A DNA stretch of 64,000 nucleotides, from NCBI GenBank assembly GCA_002633005.1, contig NMRA01000099.1:823633-887632 (forward strand), written 5' to 3'. This DNA is from Phoronis australis (Eukaryota; Animalia; Phoronida). The notes beneath the pieces are model-generated. The model was not told the DNA's origin, ran no database searches, and saw nothing but the letters and a program-made list of their open reading frames with translations. Every line of letters begins with the position of its first letter. Position 1 is the stretch's first letter. Below are positions 15,047-27,364 of this stretch, piece by piece. The position numbers were made by a program, and so were the translations under genes.

Positions 15047-15514
15047 AGGTACCTAAACTACATGATTAACGGACTCATAAACACAGCCCACGGACACATG
15101 AACATGACTCACGGACCTGCAAACACCGTCCACTGACTCACAAACACGGGAACGGACTCACAAAACACGATCCACGCACCCAAATACACGGGACACGGAC
15201 TCATATTCCCGAGGAAACACGGTTATCGGACCGCCAAACACGGTTATCGGACCGCCAAACACGGTTAACGGACAAAATGGAGATGTCAGCTGACCCAAGA
15301 AGCCGATGAGTCCGTGACCCGTGTTTGGCGGTCCGTTAACCGTGTTTCCTTGTGAAGGTGAGTCTGTGTCCCATGTATTTGGCTGCGTGGATCGTGTTTT
15401 GTGAGTCCGTTCCCGTGTTTGTGAGTCAGTGGACGGTGTTTGCAGGTCAGTGAGTCGTGTCCATGCGTCCGTGCCCGTGTTTATGAGTCCGTTGACCGTG
15501 TAGTTTAGGTACCT
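15047..15514. mobile_element. fold-back (hairpin) MITE, ~470 bp
   Basis: Ends are AGGTACCTAAACTACA ... TGTAGTTTAGGTACCT. The arms are complementary over ~200 bp, with an internal 21-bp tandem repeat. TGT flanks both ends (possible 3-bp TSD). Confidence 0.85.
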
Positions 15515-16807
15515 TGTCAACTCCATCTCCGACTTCCGAGCTGATACAGGTACACACTGTAATAACATCCCATTTTGGACAAAACAAAATGTAAATTTTT
15601 CATTTTTAAAATGCAATATCATTGGGTATGCCCATAATTTTTAAGAAACCCCCACTGCACAAATAAAAGGAAAAGACAGACTTTAAAAGCCCCGGTTGGT
15701 AAGGCAAAAAATGATGCATGTACATCCCAGCTACACAAATTATGAACTCTGTCAACCATGCATGCAAGCTAAACCATGCAAGGAAAATGTCCTTTGACAA
15801 CATGTGTCAGACCAGAACATGAACCAAACACTTTCCACACTACTAACAAACCTAGCGACAACTTGTACCAGAAGTAACCAGTTGTTCTGGGGTAACTCTG
15901 TAATGTGGACAACACTTGGATTTGAAAAACTGAGATAAGAAAACTGAATTTCGTAGCGTACATAAAAAATACATCAATTTGGACATGACATCTTGGTCAT
16001 ACACTACTACAAGTACAACAGATTGTTGACTTTCTAAAACATGTTATTTCTCGACATGTGTCTATTTTATTCAAAACAATTACTTTAGCTACAACCCAAT
16101 TAACACAACAAGACCCTGGAATTGGAGGATGACCTAGATGCACACAACAAAGTTGTGGCCACCACGTATGTGACAACTATCACGAATATGACAAATATTA
16201 CCAATGATGTGTTAGCCACGGTTATTGGTTCATAATGAATAACTACTCTAGACAAACACGGGTTTCAATCAATCCCACAGCGTCACCCACATTAACAGTG
16301 CCGCGTAACGTTATTCAGTTAAGGACAAAACATGGCAGGGCAATGTTTACATTCAACATATGTGGTATCAAAACTTACAAAAATGAAAAATGACAAATTT
16401 ACAGCAATCCTTTGCCTATTTAACACTTCAAATTTTAAATTATTAAACGCAAATAAACATCAAGAATTTTTTGTCAGGTGTTAGCTTGTTTGTATAGAGC
16501 AGATGTCAAACATTTGGTTGAGTTTCCATTATTTGTCTCAAGGTAATCAGCCATGAAAACAATGATGAATGACACTTTTAGTGATTATTTTAATGCGCAA
16601 AAATTAAAGAATTGCTGTAGTCACAATTTTACCATAAATATATGAGACTCAGTAGCATCACACACTTGTTGAAGAACTTCAGTGTGCTTGCCAGAAAATG
16701 ATTACAGGCAAATGTAGTAGAATTCTCGTAATTCAATCCATAACCTACATAATATTTGAAGGTCAATTAAGATGACTCCAGCGCTATTTGGATTTGCTAA
16801 GTGTTAA

Positions 16808-17076
16808 ATCCCGTCCACACATAGCCTACCCTAGAACAACTTCCACTTGTGCAACTTAACCCGCTTTTGAGTGGAGCGTCCACACACACATATATTCGGC
16901 AACTAGGGTAAGGTGGAAGTTGTCGCTTTGCGCATAACAATGAACACCTAATGCCAACTTATGACGTGCCTAAGAAAACCCGTCCGTATGTAACCGCAGT
17001 TCATAATTATTTCCGCCGTACCCTACTTTTGTGGCCACACAGCGATTACAAGCGGCTCCAATTACCCTAGAACAAG

Positions 17077-17116
<40 letters not shown>

Positions 17117-17155
17117 GTGCGTGTGTGCGTGGGTGCGTGCGTGTGTGGACGGCAC
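16808..17155. mobile_element. small MITE with CCGTCCACAC...GTGTGGACGG TIRs (Harbinger-like) containing a (GT)n tract
   Basis: Inverted termini at ~16811 and ~17152, an internal repeated TACCCTAGAACAA, and a GT microsatellite at 17079-17147. Confidence 0.6.
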
Positions 17156-18892
17156 TATAGATTGTGAAGCATGTCTACAAACATTAATTTATCATGTACT
17201 GAATGTGGCCCAGTGAACACCTATAACTGATAGTTGATTAAAACTGAAATAAAAAGGCTTCGTACAGATTGTATTACAACTTTCTGATACATATGCTTAC
17301 TGTATGTTTTTCAGAAACCATAAAAACATAATGCCATAGATTACAGGAAGTAGTCTGAATAAGGACACCACTGCAATCAAAACAGTAACTGACCCAGAGT
17401 CCAAAGTCCAGCACTGCCCTTACATAATCACAAGTTCACATAATCACAATTTCAGCTGAACCATTTGAAAATCTTTTCACAAAAACTCAACACTAAATGC
17501 ACCTGCAGCAAAGCTGAACAAAAGAGCAACTAATCAGAAGCAATATCTATTAATTCAGTAAAGTATCTACCTGAACATTTCAAACTCCACATAATGAGAA
17601 CCAAATTACTCATTATTTCATTCTCCATGTTTTTTTAGCACTGTCCACAATTTTCCGCAATGTCTTTCTGATGGTAGATGTATAAAAGTTGAACATGGTA
17701 AAGCATTAATTTGATGCTGTTAAACGAAAAGTAAGGAAAGAAAATGTCACTTGTTCGCCATACTGCGTCCTACAGTAAATTGGTAAGATTTCAACATACT
17801 AAGAACACACTCCTAGTGACAAGAATTTCAGATGATAACAGGCTAAAACAATGACAGTAACCTTAACAAACTGTGAGCCGCCACTGGAACACATGAAGGA
17901 ATACATGAAGGATGACGCACAAAAGACATAAAACTAGAACAAGGACTAAGCTTGGACTTTAGTTTTACTCATTGCAAAAGCCTTAGAGGTGGAAATGATA
18001 CATGTATGTTGTTGGAACCAGGAAACTCTTTCAGAGCAAACAAGTTCTTCCATAAAATTCATATATAAATACCATAAACTTTATGTGTGCATATTAATGA
18101 GATTATATACGTGCCTTGTTATGAGAAAAAAAATGGAAAAAACACGACAAACATAGTTTGCCAAAAAATTTCCGACGCAGATATGAAACTGAAAACAAGA
18201 GAGTGTAAAATACCTATATTCATACACTGGTCCAGGTGGCATGCTTCATAAATTCTACTTTGTGGCACTATCACCCTTTCCATAACTGAATTAATGTTGT
18301 ACATTTGATATTCACAAGTTGAAAGATCAAGTTTGAGCTCTGATGATGGGAAAAATTTGAGCACCATGAAATGGAGCGTCACCTTTTGACAAATTTCTTT
18401 TTTGCCAATTCAGTAACCAGTTGTTTTTCTACAAGGTTTCATACAGTTCACAACAAATAACCAAAGTTGGTTTGATTTTGTTATAATTTTTAAAATATAA
18501 CTAGCAAAAGAAATTCATAAGCAAATTTTTTTCGGCGAATTTCCCGAAACATGTCACAAAATATTTAGAAAATGCGAATGTAACAAGCACACTACTATCA
18601 TGTCAACGACAGACTTTTCTTTCTTATTTAATTCAGAAAATAATGTTTATTAGATTGTTTTCATTTAATCAGCTGCAATGGGCACAGTGAGTGTGCACTA
18701 CATGCAGTTGAGTAAGATTTGGCATGCATCCCATCTGTTGATATAAGTTACACAATGAGCTGACGAGCAGAACTACCCAGGCGACATAAAATTTCAAGGT
18801 CTATGTGACATTAATATCCAGCAATTTCTAGCTGTATTTTGACTCCAGTCTTCAAACAGCTAGCTGGCTGGTTACCTAACTGGCCGACTCAC

Positions 18893-19242
18893 CTGTACGC
18901 CAGAGTCATGCACTGGAAAAGTTTTGTTAGGGATCCATCTATGGAGATATTATGTCCAAAGTGGTACTCTTGTGAAGTCTCTTGTATAGCACTATCAAAG
19001 TCAAATCCTTCTTTCTTAACATCGGCTGGGCTTAACGCCGTTTCTACTTCAGTTTCATCGTCCTCTTCGTCTTCTTCGCCATGTACTCGAGTCACCATGA
19101 AATTTCCGCTGTGAATTGTCTTGCTGTCGTCGATGTCTAAACATTTTTTGCGCCTCGACAAATCAGCAACGGAAATATTTTCAGGTTCGTCGGTCATAAA
19201 AGTGTCACTACGAGTCATTCTCAACACTGCTACAGCACTCAT
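18893..19242 (-). CDS. MLXIP: Mondo-family (MondoA/ChREBP, MLX-interacting protein) first coding exon
   Basis: The translation contains IHSGNFMV (Mondo conserved region I) and IDGSLTKLFQCMTLAY (region II). It ends TAC AG|GTGAGT, a consensus phase-2 donor at 18892-18891, where the family sequence continues SGKLVSPKW. The start Met is uncertain (three candidates). No later exon was found in 1-18890. It is probably the single invertebrate pro-ortholog of MLXIP and MLXIPL. Confidence 0.93.
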
Positions 19243-20100
19243 CAGTATAGTTTTGGGCGAAAAATCTGCGACAACTCAGAGCCAGAAACCTACGATCTCT
19301 CGCCATATTGTTTACGGGCGAAGGCTGGTCAGTGTTGACCAATCAGAAACCAGACAGCATTACGGAAATACCCGATGATAGTTGAATCGGGACACACCGC
19401 CAAAGATTTTATAGATACCTAAGATCTCCGACTTATGACCTAAATAGTCACAGCGTTACAAGTAGCGCCACCTTCTGGAAGGCGCTCAAATACAGCATAA
19501 TAACACGGTTGACTGTAATGCCACTGTGTCATCTGGTGCTTACAAAATACTTTGTTTCGCTTGCCTAAAGATANTTTCCAGACAGCAAATGTGTTTTGCC
19601 TAGTGGTCAGCTGACAAATGGATTCGTCGCAACAAAACCGCTGTCAGAAAAGCAACTAAACAAGTTACTAAACTGAAGTAGACGCACTCTTTAATAATAA
19701 TTAGTGATAATTGTAACAAACGCCTGTAACGATTTCACTGGCGATTGCTATTCAACTTTGCCTGACTTTTCGTCTTCTTTGTTTCATTCACTGCTCCTGA
19801 CCCGCTCTTTCCGTCTTTGTTGTTGTTTTTGTTCACATGACCATGTTGGGACAAAAATCTTTTTAAGCACTTCCGGTGTAAAATTAGATTGAATTCGTCA
19901 CGCTTGAGGAGTGTTAATTGCATGAGGGGGGCGGTCCCTGGCCCAATGAGATATAGAACCAGATACCGTTATCACAGCTCATTGCCCTGGCCATTGTGCG
20001 CTGTGGCTGACTTGTCTCATCACGACACGAGGTAGCGCTTTCATGTGGCGAAGTGTCGGCGTGTTCTTCAAGCAGAGGGGTTTGTCTAAAAGTTCCTTTG
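19243..20100. promoter_or_regulatory. putative bidirectional promoter between Mondo and PSPH
   Basis: Lies between the divergent genes. Contains a YY1-like CGCCATATT (~19301), CCAATCAG (~19340 and ~19942), a CTCF-like CCAGAAGGTGGCGC on the minus strand (~19465-19478) and an ETS-like ACTTCCGG (~19869). TSSs cannot be placed. Confidence 0.55.
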
Positions 20101-21041
20101 AACAATGCATTAGACACTTTGTTGTTGACTAGCTTCTGGCTAATACTAAAAATTTTACACTTTGCTCCATTAATTAAGTGCTAAAGTGGCTAGCAACCTC
20201 GGAAATTGGTCCTAATGACTAGTACTAATCACTTGACTAGTCGGGAGACATGGCCTGCATTCTGCAAGCCAAGAATGACAGCAAAGTGCCAAATTTCGAG
20301 TTCATGCATACTCGAACTTTATTAGGTTTAATGGTGGGATCATCAAGTGCAGGTTATAGTTGGAGCAGTATGGGACAACTTCTATTGGCAGCCAAGGTGT
20401 GTCACTCTGTGGGAAAATCTTGGATGTAGTGCTTAGACAAACTCTAGTCTCACACCATCCATTGATCCAACTAAGAATGTCTACGGACTGTGCAATGTGG
20501 AATTGTATTATTTGGTAATTTCTTTCACTAACAACTGAGTTGAGTTGGCAATGGAATCGTTGTTAGGAATATTGTAAAACCAACTTTTATGCGAGAATAA
20601 ATTTTAGTTTTCTATCCATCTCATAAATGGCAAAATGAAGCGTTAAAATTTCCCGGAACATGATAGATTTTGTTCTTTCCTTGGTTGCCATCATCCCATG
20701 GGCACCTCCAATATTTTCCCTCTTGCCACTAAGTTCCCCAGCCTTGTGATCCTAATTTCCATTTGTGTTCACTAATTATTTGGACTTTTTTGTTTCACAA
20801 ATTCACAGCAGACCAGATATGCAAATAGCCGCATTCATGGTAGTGTGAACTTGAAATCACAGTACACCCAGTCTTTGAACTTTTACTTCAATTTTGGTTA
20901 TAACTCTTCTGCGTGTGTGTATATCTTAAGCAGTGAATGGTCATCCCTATTTGTGACATATTATGTCATTCATTAAAGTGACTTTGTGATATATTTTAAC
21001 TTATCATATTTTAAGTTTTCCATGTCACAGAAAAACTAGTG

Positions 21042-21178
21042 ATGGATCAAGACAGTGTTAAGAGAATATGGCGCTCAGCCGATGCGGTGTGCTTCGATTA
21101 TGACTCAACTGTGGTCATTGATGAAGGTCTTGATGAACTAGCTTCTTTCTGCGGTGTTGGAGAGCAAGTAAAGCAATG
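21042..21178 (+). CDS. PSPH: phosphoserine phosphatase, coding exon 1
   Basis: Acceptor CACAG ends at 21030 and the ATG is at 21042. Translation MDQDSVKRIWRSADAVCFDYDSTVVIDEGLDELASFCGVGEQVKQ(W) includes HAD motif I (DxDST). Donor TG|GTAGT at 21179. Not in the ORF track because it is too short. Confidence 0.95.
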
Positions 21179-21736
21179 GTAGTATAGTAGATGTCGTGAC
21201 ATGAATATTGTGTTTCCATAGGCTACCGCTATCATTCAGCGTTGCGTCTAGACAACCCATTGTCATATAGCATTTCTGTTCTCAAACACTAATTGCATGC
21301 GGACTATGCAAAAGTAGTTTAAACTGTGAACTTATGCCCTTCAGCCCAGTTCGTAATACTTTTATTTTATGTAGTCTGTATGTGCCTATGAATGATAACC
21401 AGCCACCTCTAGATTTATGAGCAACAAAACTGCTCTGCCTGAAAATAATGGCTGCTTGAGACTTCAGCTGTATGCTTAAACTGTGGTTCATCACACTTAA
21501 GAATTCAACTGTCTGAGCACCCTGCAAATAGGTAATATTTCTGGAACAAAATGCTGGAAAATTGTCACTTTTTTACGGAATATATGGCTTCCACATCTAT
21601 TCCTACTGATTTTTGCATTTCCATTCATTTATTTTGTACAGGGGACCTTCTTATTAGCGGTCAATAAGAAGGCCTCCTAATTTAAATCGAATTTTTAATC
21701 ATTGTATTATTATAAATTAATGTAGATATAAATGTT

Positions 21737-21849
21737 TCTCTCTCTCTCTCTCTCTCCCTCTCTCTCCCTCTCCCTCGATCCCTCCCTCCCGGCTCCAACC
21801 GTCCATCCCTCCCTCCCTCCCTCCCTCCCTCCCTCCCTCCCTCTCTCTC
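21737..21849 (+). repeat. (CT)n/(CCCT)n polypyrimidine microsatellite in a PSPH intron
   Basis: Directly visible. Confidence 0.9.
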
Positions 21850-22126
21850 AAAATTGCAAAATCATCAGAACTGCATAACTAATGTGCTGTTCTCGTGATT
21901 GGCTGCGAAGTTTTTTTCCACTTTTTGTGATGGTTAAGACACACTTTCCCTACCTTTTCTTAGTTTCAAGTAACTAACAATAATGAGAAACCCCAGGCGA
22001 GTACTGACATACTTAAAATGGATGTTAGTCGCTACTGTAGACTTTCTTGGCAATGTATGCTCTATAGAAATGAGATGCTCTTCTCGGTATAATGTCTTCC
22101 TTTCTTGTTCTCCTTGCATGCTTTAG

Positions 22127-22261
22127 GACAATCAAAGCCATGGGAGGGTCAGTGACGTTTCGCGATGCACTGAAAGCAAGGCTGAACATCGTTCAGCCCT
22201 CACGACAAAAAGTGGAACAGTTTATCAGGACCAACCCACCCAAGTTCACCCCTGGTATGAG
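22127..22261 (+). CDS. PSPH: phosphoserine phosphatase, coding exon 2
   Basis: Pyrimidine tract plus TTTAG acceptor. Translation (W)TIKAMGGSVTFRDALKARLNIVQPSRQKVEQFIRTNPPKFTPGM(R). Donor AG|GTAAGT. Phase matches both neighbours. Confidence 0.95.
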
Positions 22262-23480
22262 GTAAGTTGCTTATTATCAAGTTCGTGTATTGTGTTGTCC
22301 ACTAGATGGAGTTCATGCGCTATCTGATCAGTGTAGTTACACCCATGTTTTAGATGACACTTGATTTAGTATTGATGACTGTTGTTGGCCTTCCAGATAA
22401 AATGATGTGTTATCCAAAGAGTGAGGCTGTGTAGACTGTGTTGTTATTGTTGTAATCACCACTGTTTGCATTTCACGTACGGTAAAGCGTAAGTCACTGT
22501 TGGTATTTGATGCTGACCTTCCAGATGTGTCATGTGGCATTCAAAAAACATTGTGCAACACCACAGAGCCTTGTTTTCTTGTACTTCGCTCTACAGCTAA
22601 GTGGTAACACTGCCTTTGGCGTCACATGACCAGGTCCCAGGGTCTAACCTTTGACCTCTAATTCAACTCAGAATTATTTTTCACATTTCTCATCCTAATT
22701 TTGTGCAAACTCGAAATAAGCGTCTATTATTCTGTGCTCGCCAATATTATGGCTTTGGTAAATGAGTGTCTAATCCAAGTTCACACTTGATGACCCTAAA
22801 TTTGAGCTCCAAACTCAAGTAATAGCATGGAATTTTGGGTGCTTTGATTCTGGATGGTCAAGTGCAAAGCAGTATTAGACAGTCATCCATGCAAACCCTG
22901 ATATAGAATAATAGACACTGGTCTTGAGTTGGATTAAAAGTAGAATGGGAAGTGTTCAATTTTGACTACAAAAACATGAGGGTCACGGGGCTCAGAGAGC
23001 AACCACTTCCCTTCCCCAGTTGCCTGCTCTCCCTCATGACAAAGGCTTCCTAGCAATAGCTCTATAGTGAGCCAGCCAACCGCACAAATCGCTTGTGCAG
23101 TGTTACGTAATCATTAACAAGGCCTTGAGAAGACATCACAATAAAATTCACATGTATAACTATTTAGTCATCTGTTAAAAAATTTAGTTCCATTTTACAA
23201 ATTCTTGATTAAAATCGATCATATACAGTTGTCGAACGGCAAAAATTGATGAACAACTTGCCGAGAAACAGACCATTTAGCATATGAGGCATTAATACGC
23301 ATGTTACACGGCTTGAATCATTTGTTCAGTTTTGTCAATAAACGTTTCAAATGTGGACATTCTCCATTCAGACCATTTATTTATACTCTATGAACATCCT
23401 TCTCTTCATTTATTTGCCAAGTAATTGAAAGAATGTTGCTCAATTTCAATTCGTTGAGAACTATTTCCAACATGCATTGA

Positions 23481-25172
23481 TAACCGAGTAATAAATTTCA
23501 GCGTCGAGCACTTTCTTCTGATGTCAGAACCTGTCCGAAATATTAGAAACAGACAATATTGGCCGTCCAAAATTCGTGAAATATAAGAAATTCAGCAAAA
23601 TTGATGGTGTGCAAAATTTATGGGTTCAGGGGCCGACAACTTTTCGATTTGCGGTTTTAGACAGTTTGAACTTGCGCGCATATTTGTGATCGTTATTGTT
23701 GACAAGAAATGCACTCACACGATCATAAACAGCGATGTTACTGACTCTGAACAGAATCGACTCACCAAACTTTGTGATAAGAAATAATATTATATACATG
23801 TATTTGCCATGTAACAAGCCTTGACTGATCATTCGCATTATCCATTGTTGCTCACCGTCTTCATGTTAACTGTCCGCAAACCAAACACAAACGACGCGAC
23901 TACAGCTAATATATGTATATAATACCCTGGTTTGTTTCTGGGGCAGCGCGTGTGACATACTTATGAGTCACCTGTCATTCAAACACACCAGCGAAATAGC
24001 GTTGCCGCCAATGAGCTACATATAAGTAAGATCCCAATGGTCTTAGCTCGATTACATATCCGGGCATTTATTTGACAATTATAGAGCTGTTGCTTTATGC
24101 GACTGATGTATGTTCAATAAATAAAAGTTTGGAATTGTTATTCTGAAACATAGCAGTAGGCCAGATCACAATTTAACGGAGGTAGAGCGTACGTAGGTCT
24201 AATTGCAAAACATGACCACGCGCAAGTGACTGTTCACGTAGCCGGCTACAAGTGCGTTAGATTCTTATACGCTAATTATGCTTTAATATGATAAAAGTGG
24301 TTTGTCCTGATAATGTCGGCCCTTGCATTCCCGGTACTGCTGTTGGAATTTTATCAGTCCTGTGTTCACTCCTGTCCGATAGCAGTGCCGTCCGCTCGTG
24401 AATAAATTCAATTGATATTTTATGCGTATAGGCGGATTTATATCGATCTCCGCTATGGGCCCCTTTTTCATTTTACAAATTACACACAATGGGTGACCAA
24501 ACGGTCCGTGAAAGTGATGGAACGTGGATTTTTGCATTTCACAAAGTTTGTTTTAACTTGACACTGAACAAATTCGCCGATTCGGGCTCATGGCAAAGCG
24601 AAGGTCGGGGCGCCGGGAGGAAGGTAAGCGGGCTGCAGGTTCACAGAAAATAAATTGAAGCGGTGAATACGAAATCTGACTTGGTAACACAATGGTCTCC
24701 TCACTGCTGCTTATTAACTAGTTGTTAATTCAAATAAAAAGCGTGATACTGTGACGATTACTCGAAAGTCGGAGAACATACAGTTTATTTGCATAATGAA
24801 ACCGCGATCAACCTTCATGGCAAATGTTTCGAGTCCGTTAATACGACTGTCAAGGAAACGCGATCCACATCGATAACTATAGACTGCGACATCAGTCAAT
24901 ACATTACACCGGCATCAGTTTTAAACGATGTGTAACTCCGTTGTTTGATGAACTTCAAGATTTCCATCCCCGATCATGCGGAAAAGCGCACTGTACGAAA
25001 TGTGAGAATTATGGCTAATTCCGCTAAAATCGACGTGTCCGAAATTTGAGAAATAGTGGTGAATGCCAAATTCAACCATTTTCCAAATTTCAGAATAAAA
25101 AAATCAGTTTAGGGTTGGATTTAGGTGTCCAAAATTCGGGAGACTGTCCTAAATTCGTAAATTTTTAGGGTA
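23481..25172. mobile_element. probable non-autonomous DNA transposon in PSPH intron 2
   Basis: Clusters of GTCCGAAA(A/T)T subterminal motifs at ~23530-23580 and ~25035-25160, ending TTTTAGGGTA. Related motifs at 46645-46757. The left boundary is approximate. Confidence 0.4.
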
Positions 25173-27218
25173 TGATTATTTTTGCATGATATGTATTGAA
25201 ACCGTGTTTTTGATTTGTCAGGTCACATTGTTTTGATGGCGTCTGTGATCAGTACCCAAGTGGTGCGTTTTGAGTCACAGTATATGTAAATAAAAGATTT
25301 AAATCCATTTCTATGAGTTTATTTATAGAAAACCAATTACAAGAGCTGAGAATTCATCCAAATGCGAACATGACAATGAAACCAGAATGTTGTCTAGATG
25401 TATCCACCATCCGAACCTGAGTTAAGGAAAATACTTTTTGTATTATTACTTCTCAACTCCATTTTGGTGAATACCTCATTTAAGGATACTCTACAAAGTT
25501 TCCCGTTTGGAGACGCAAAATGTTGTTTTTTGTTCATGCTCCTGAGTAAGTTAGAATGTACTGTTACGCCTGAAAGTGAAGTGCGCTGTTACTCACGATT
25601 GGTTCAGTCTACTAACGGGATCAGAGAACTGTAAGAAGTGTAGACAGGTCCTACGTATTTTAAATCTGGAGTGTCCCTAATTGATAACAGTTATTTATTT
25701 ATCTGTTATCGGGAGTTCTGAGGCTCAGCTCAGATGATGCATCATGTGGCGTACGAACTTGAATTCAAAAAGAATTTTAACACTATAAGAAAGATGGCCT
25801 CTTCATAGTAAGAAACCAAACTAAGTTTAAAAAAATAATGTTCTGTTATGGCCCCAGCTATGATTATGGATTCGTAAAACATCCTTTTGCTATGTATGTT
25901 TCAAATGTTTAAACTTCCAACAGCCGTCATCTTCTCTTAAGCGTGCCTCATGTCGTCAGAGCGAAATGAAGAGTTACATTTACATTACGGACAAAACACT
26001 GCTAACTGAAATAGGCATAGGTATCTAAGCTTGGCTGAAAGTAGTGCTTTCCCTGCTGGTGTAGCTTGGTCTTTAGTAACAGGCAGAGGAATACCTATGG
26101 TTATCCAAGCCTACAGTGTAAATATATTCACAAAAGACCTTTATTATGAAAGTCAATGCAGGCACAATAGAGACAGGTATACAAAATCAGATAAGAGATA
26201 ATTATCCCCAGTGCTTTCCCTGAACAGCTGGCCCTAATGCTAAATCCTAGGACCAGTTACTTTTTTCAGGTCTGCAGTTTGACTTGAAAGTCTTGTGCTG
26301 TGATCTTTTTGTTTCTTTTTCTTTTTGTTTACGTGATAGCTTGTATCGCCTCATTCGGGTTTATGCCGAGTGTTCAATGTTATGTAGGGCCTCATGGAGA
26401 AGTCTACGCATTCTACCAAAATATCTATGAAACTCAATTCTTTAAAATTACATATTTTCTGAAAGTAATAAACCTGTAGAATTGGATTTTTGACTTTACA
26501 CTTGTAAGTCAGTGATTGCGTCTGGTAACTATGTCTTTTCAGTAAAATCTCAAACAAAAAAGAAAGATTTGTTCATAGCAAAGCAATGGCATCTTTTGAC
26601 CAAGTTTTGCTCAAGATAAAATCTCAAAAAAAATGTTAAATTTTCTAAATTATTTCATTTTCATTTCATGCAACCTTTGAGTTTTTTTCATATAAGTCCT
26701 ACTTTTGATAGTTGTCCTTGCAAAAGTTGTTCGTTTTAAAAGCAATTTCTGACGGTGTTTTGGAAAACGGTGCATTAAACCTGTGGTCTCTGCCTGGTTG
26801 TTGAAAGTCGGCGAGTCTTGTATGTCGTGGGAGCTAAGTCCTGCAGGAGACAGACTTTCACAAAGATACTGGTGCTTCCAAGAACATTTTGATCGCATAA
26901 AATGACACTGGGCCTTAAGCTGGGCCTGGTTGTCTAGAATGAAAATTTGGAAATTTTGTAGGGTGAGCGTTGCGTAAGCCGCATGAATGCAGTTTGTCGG
27001 CAAGTTTTGCAACTGTCTCATTGTGGTTGTTTCAGCCCAATGTTGCATGGTGACATCAGCATGGTTTGTAGTGTACATGTTGTAAATTTTTTTTATAAGT
27101 TTTCTTTTTGCAGTTAAGTAACCAGCCTTTGAAAAAAAAAATATTTTGTTTCATTTTGTCCATGATCTCCGAATTGATGCTGCATGGGGCTTTAACGCCA
27201 AATGTGTTTATATTGCAG

Positions 27219-27364
27219 ACAACTGGCTAGCCAGCTTTTGGCCAAAGGAGTGAATATGTACCTGGTGTCTGGAGGATTCAGGTCCATCATAGAACCAGCG
27301 GGTAATCAGTTGGGAATTCCCCCGGATAACATATTTGCCAACAAACTGTTGTTTGACGACAATG
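27219..27364 (+). CDS. PSPH: phosphoserine phosphatase, coding exon 3
   Basis: TTGCAG acceptor. Translation (R)QLASQLLAKGVNMYLVSGGFRSIIEPAGNQLGIPPDNIFANKLLFDDN(G) includes HAD motif II (SGGF). Donor G|GTGAGT. Confidence 0.95.

Noticed and set aside
15158-15622. 154-aa ORF
   Set aside because: It is produced by the repetitive hairpin MITE.
19243-21030. Carbohydrate response element (two E-boxes 5 bp apart) in the shared promoter
   Set aside because: Only isolated half-sites such as CACGAG were seen, with no correctly spaced pair.
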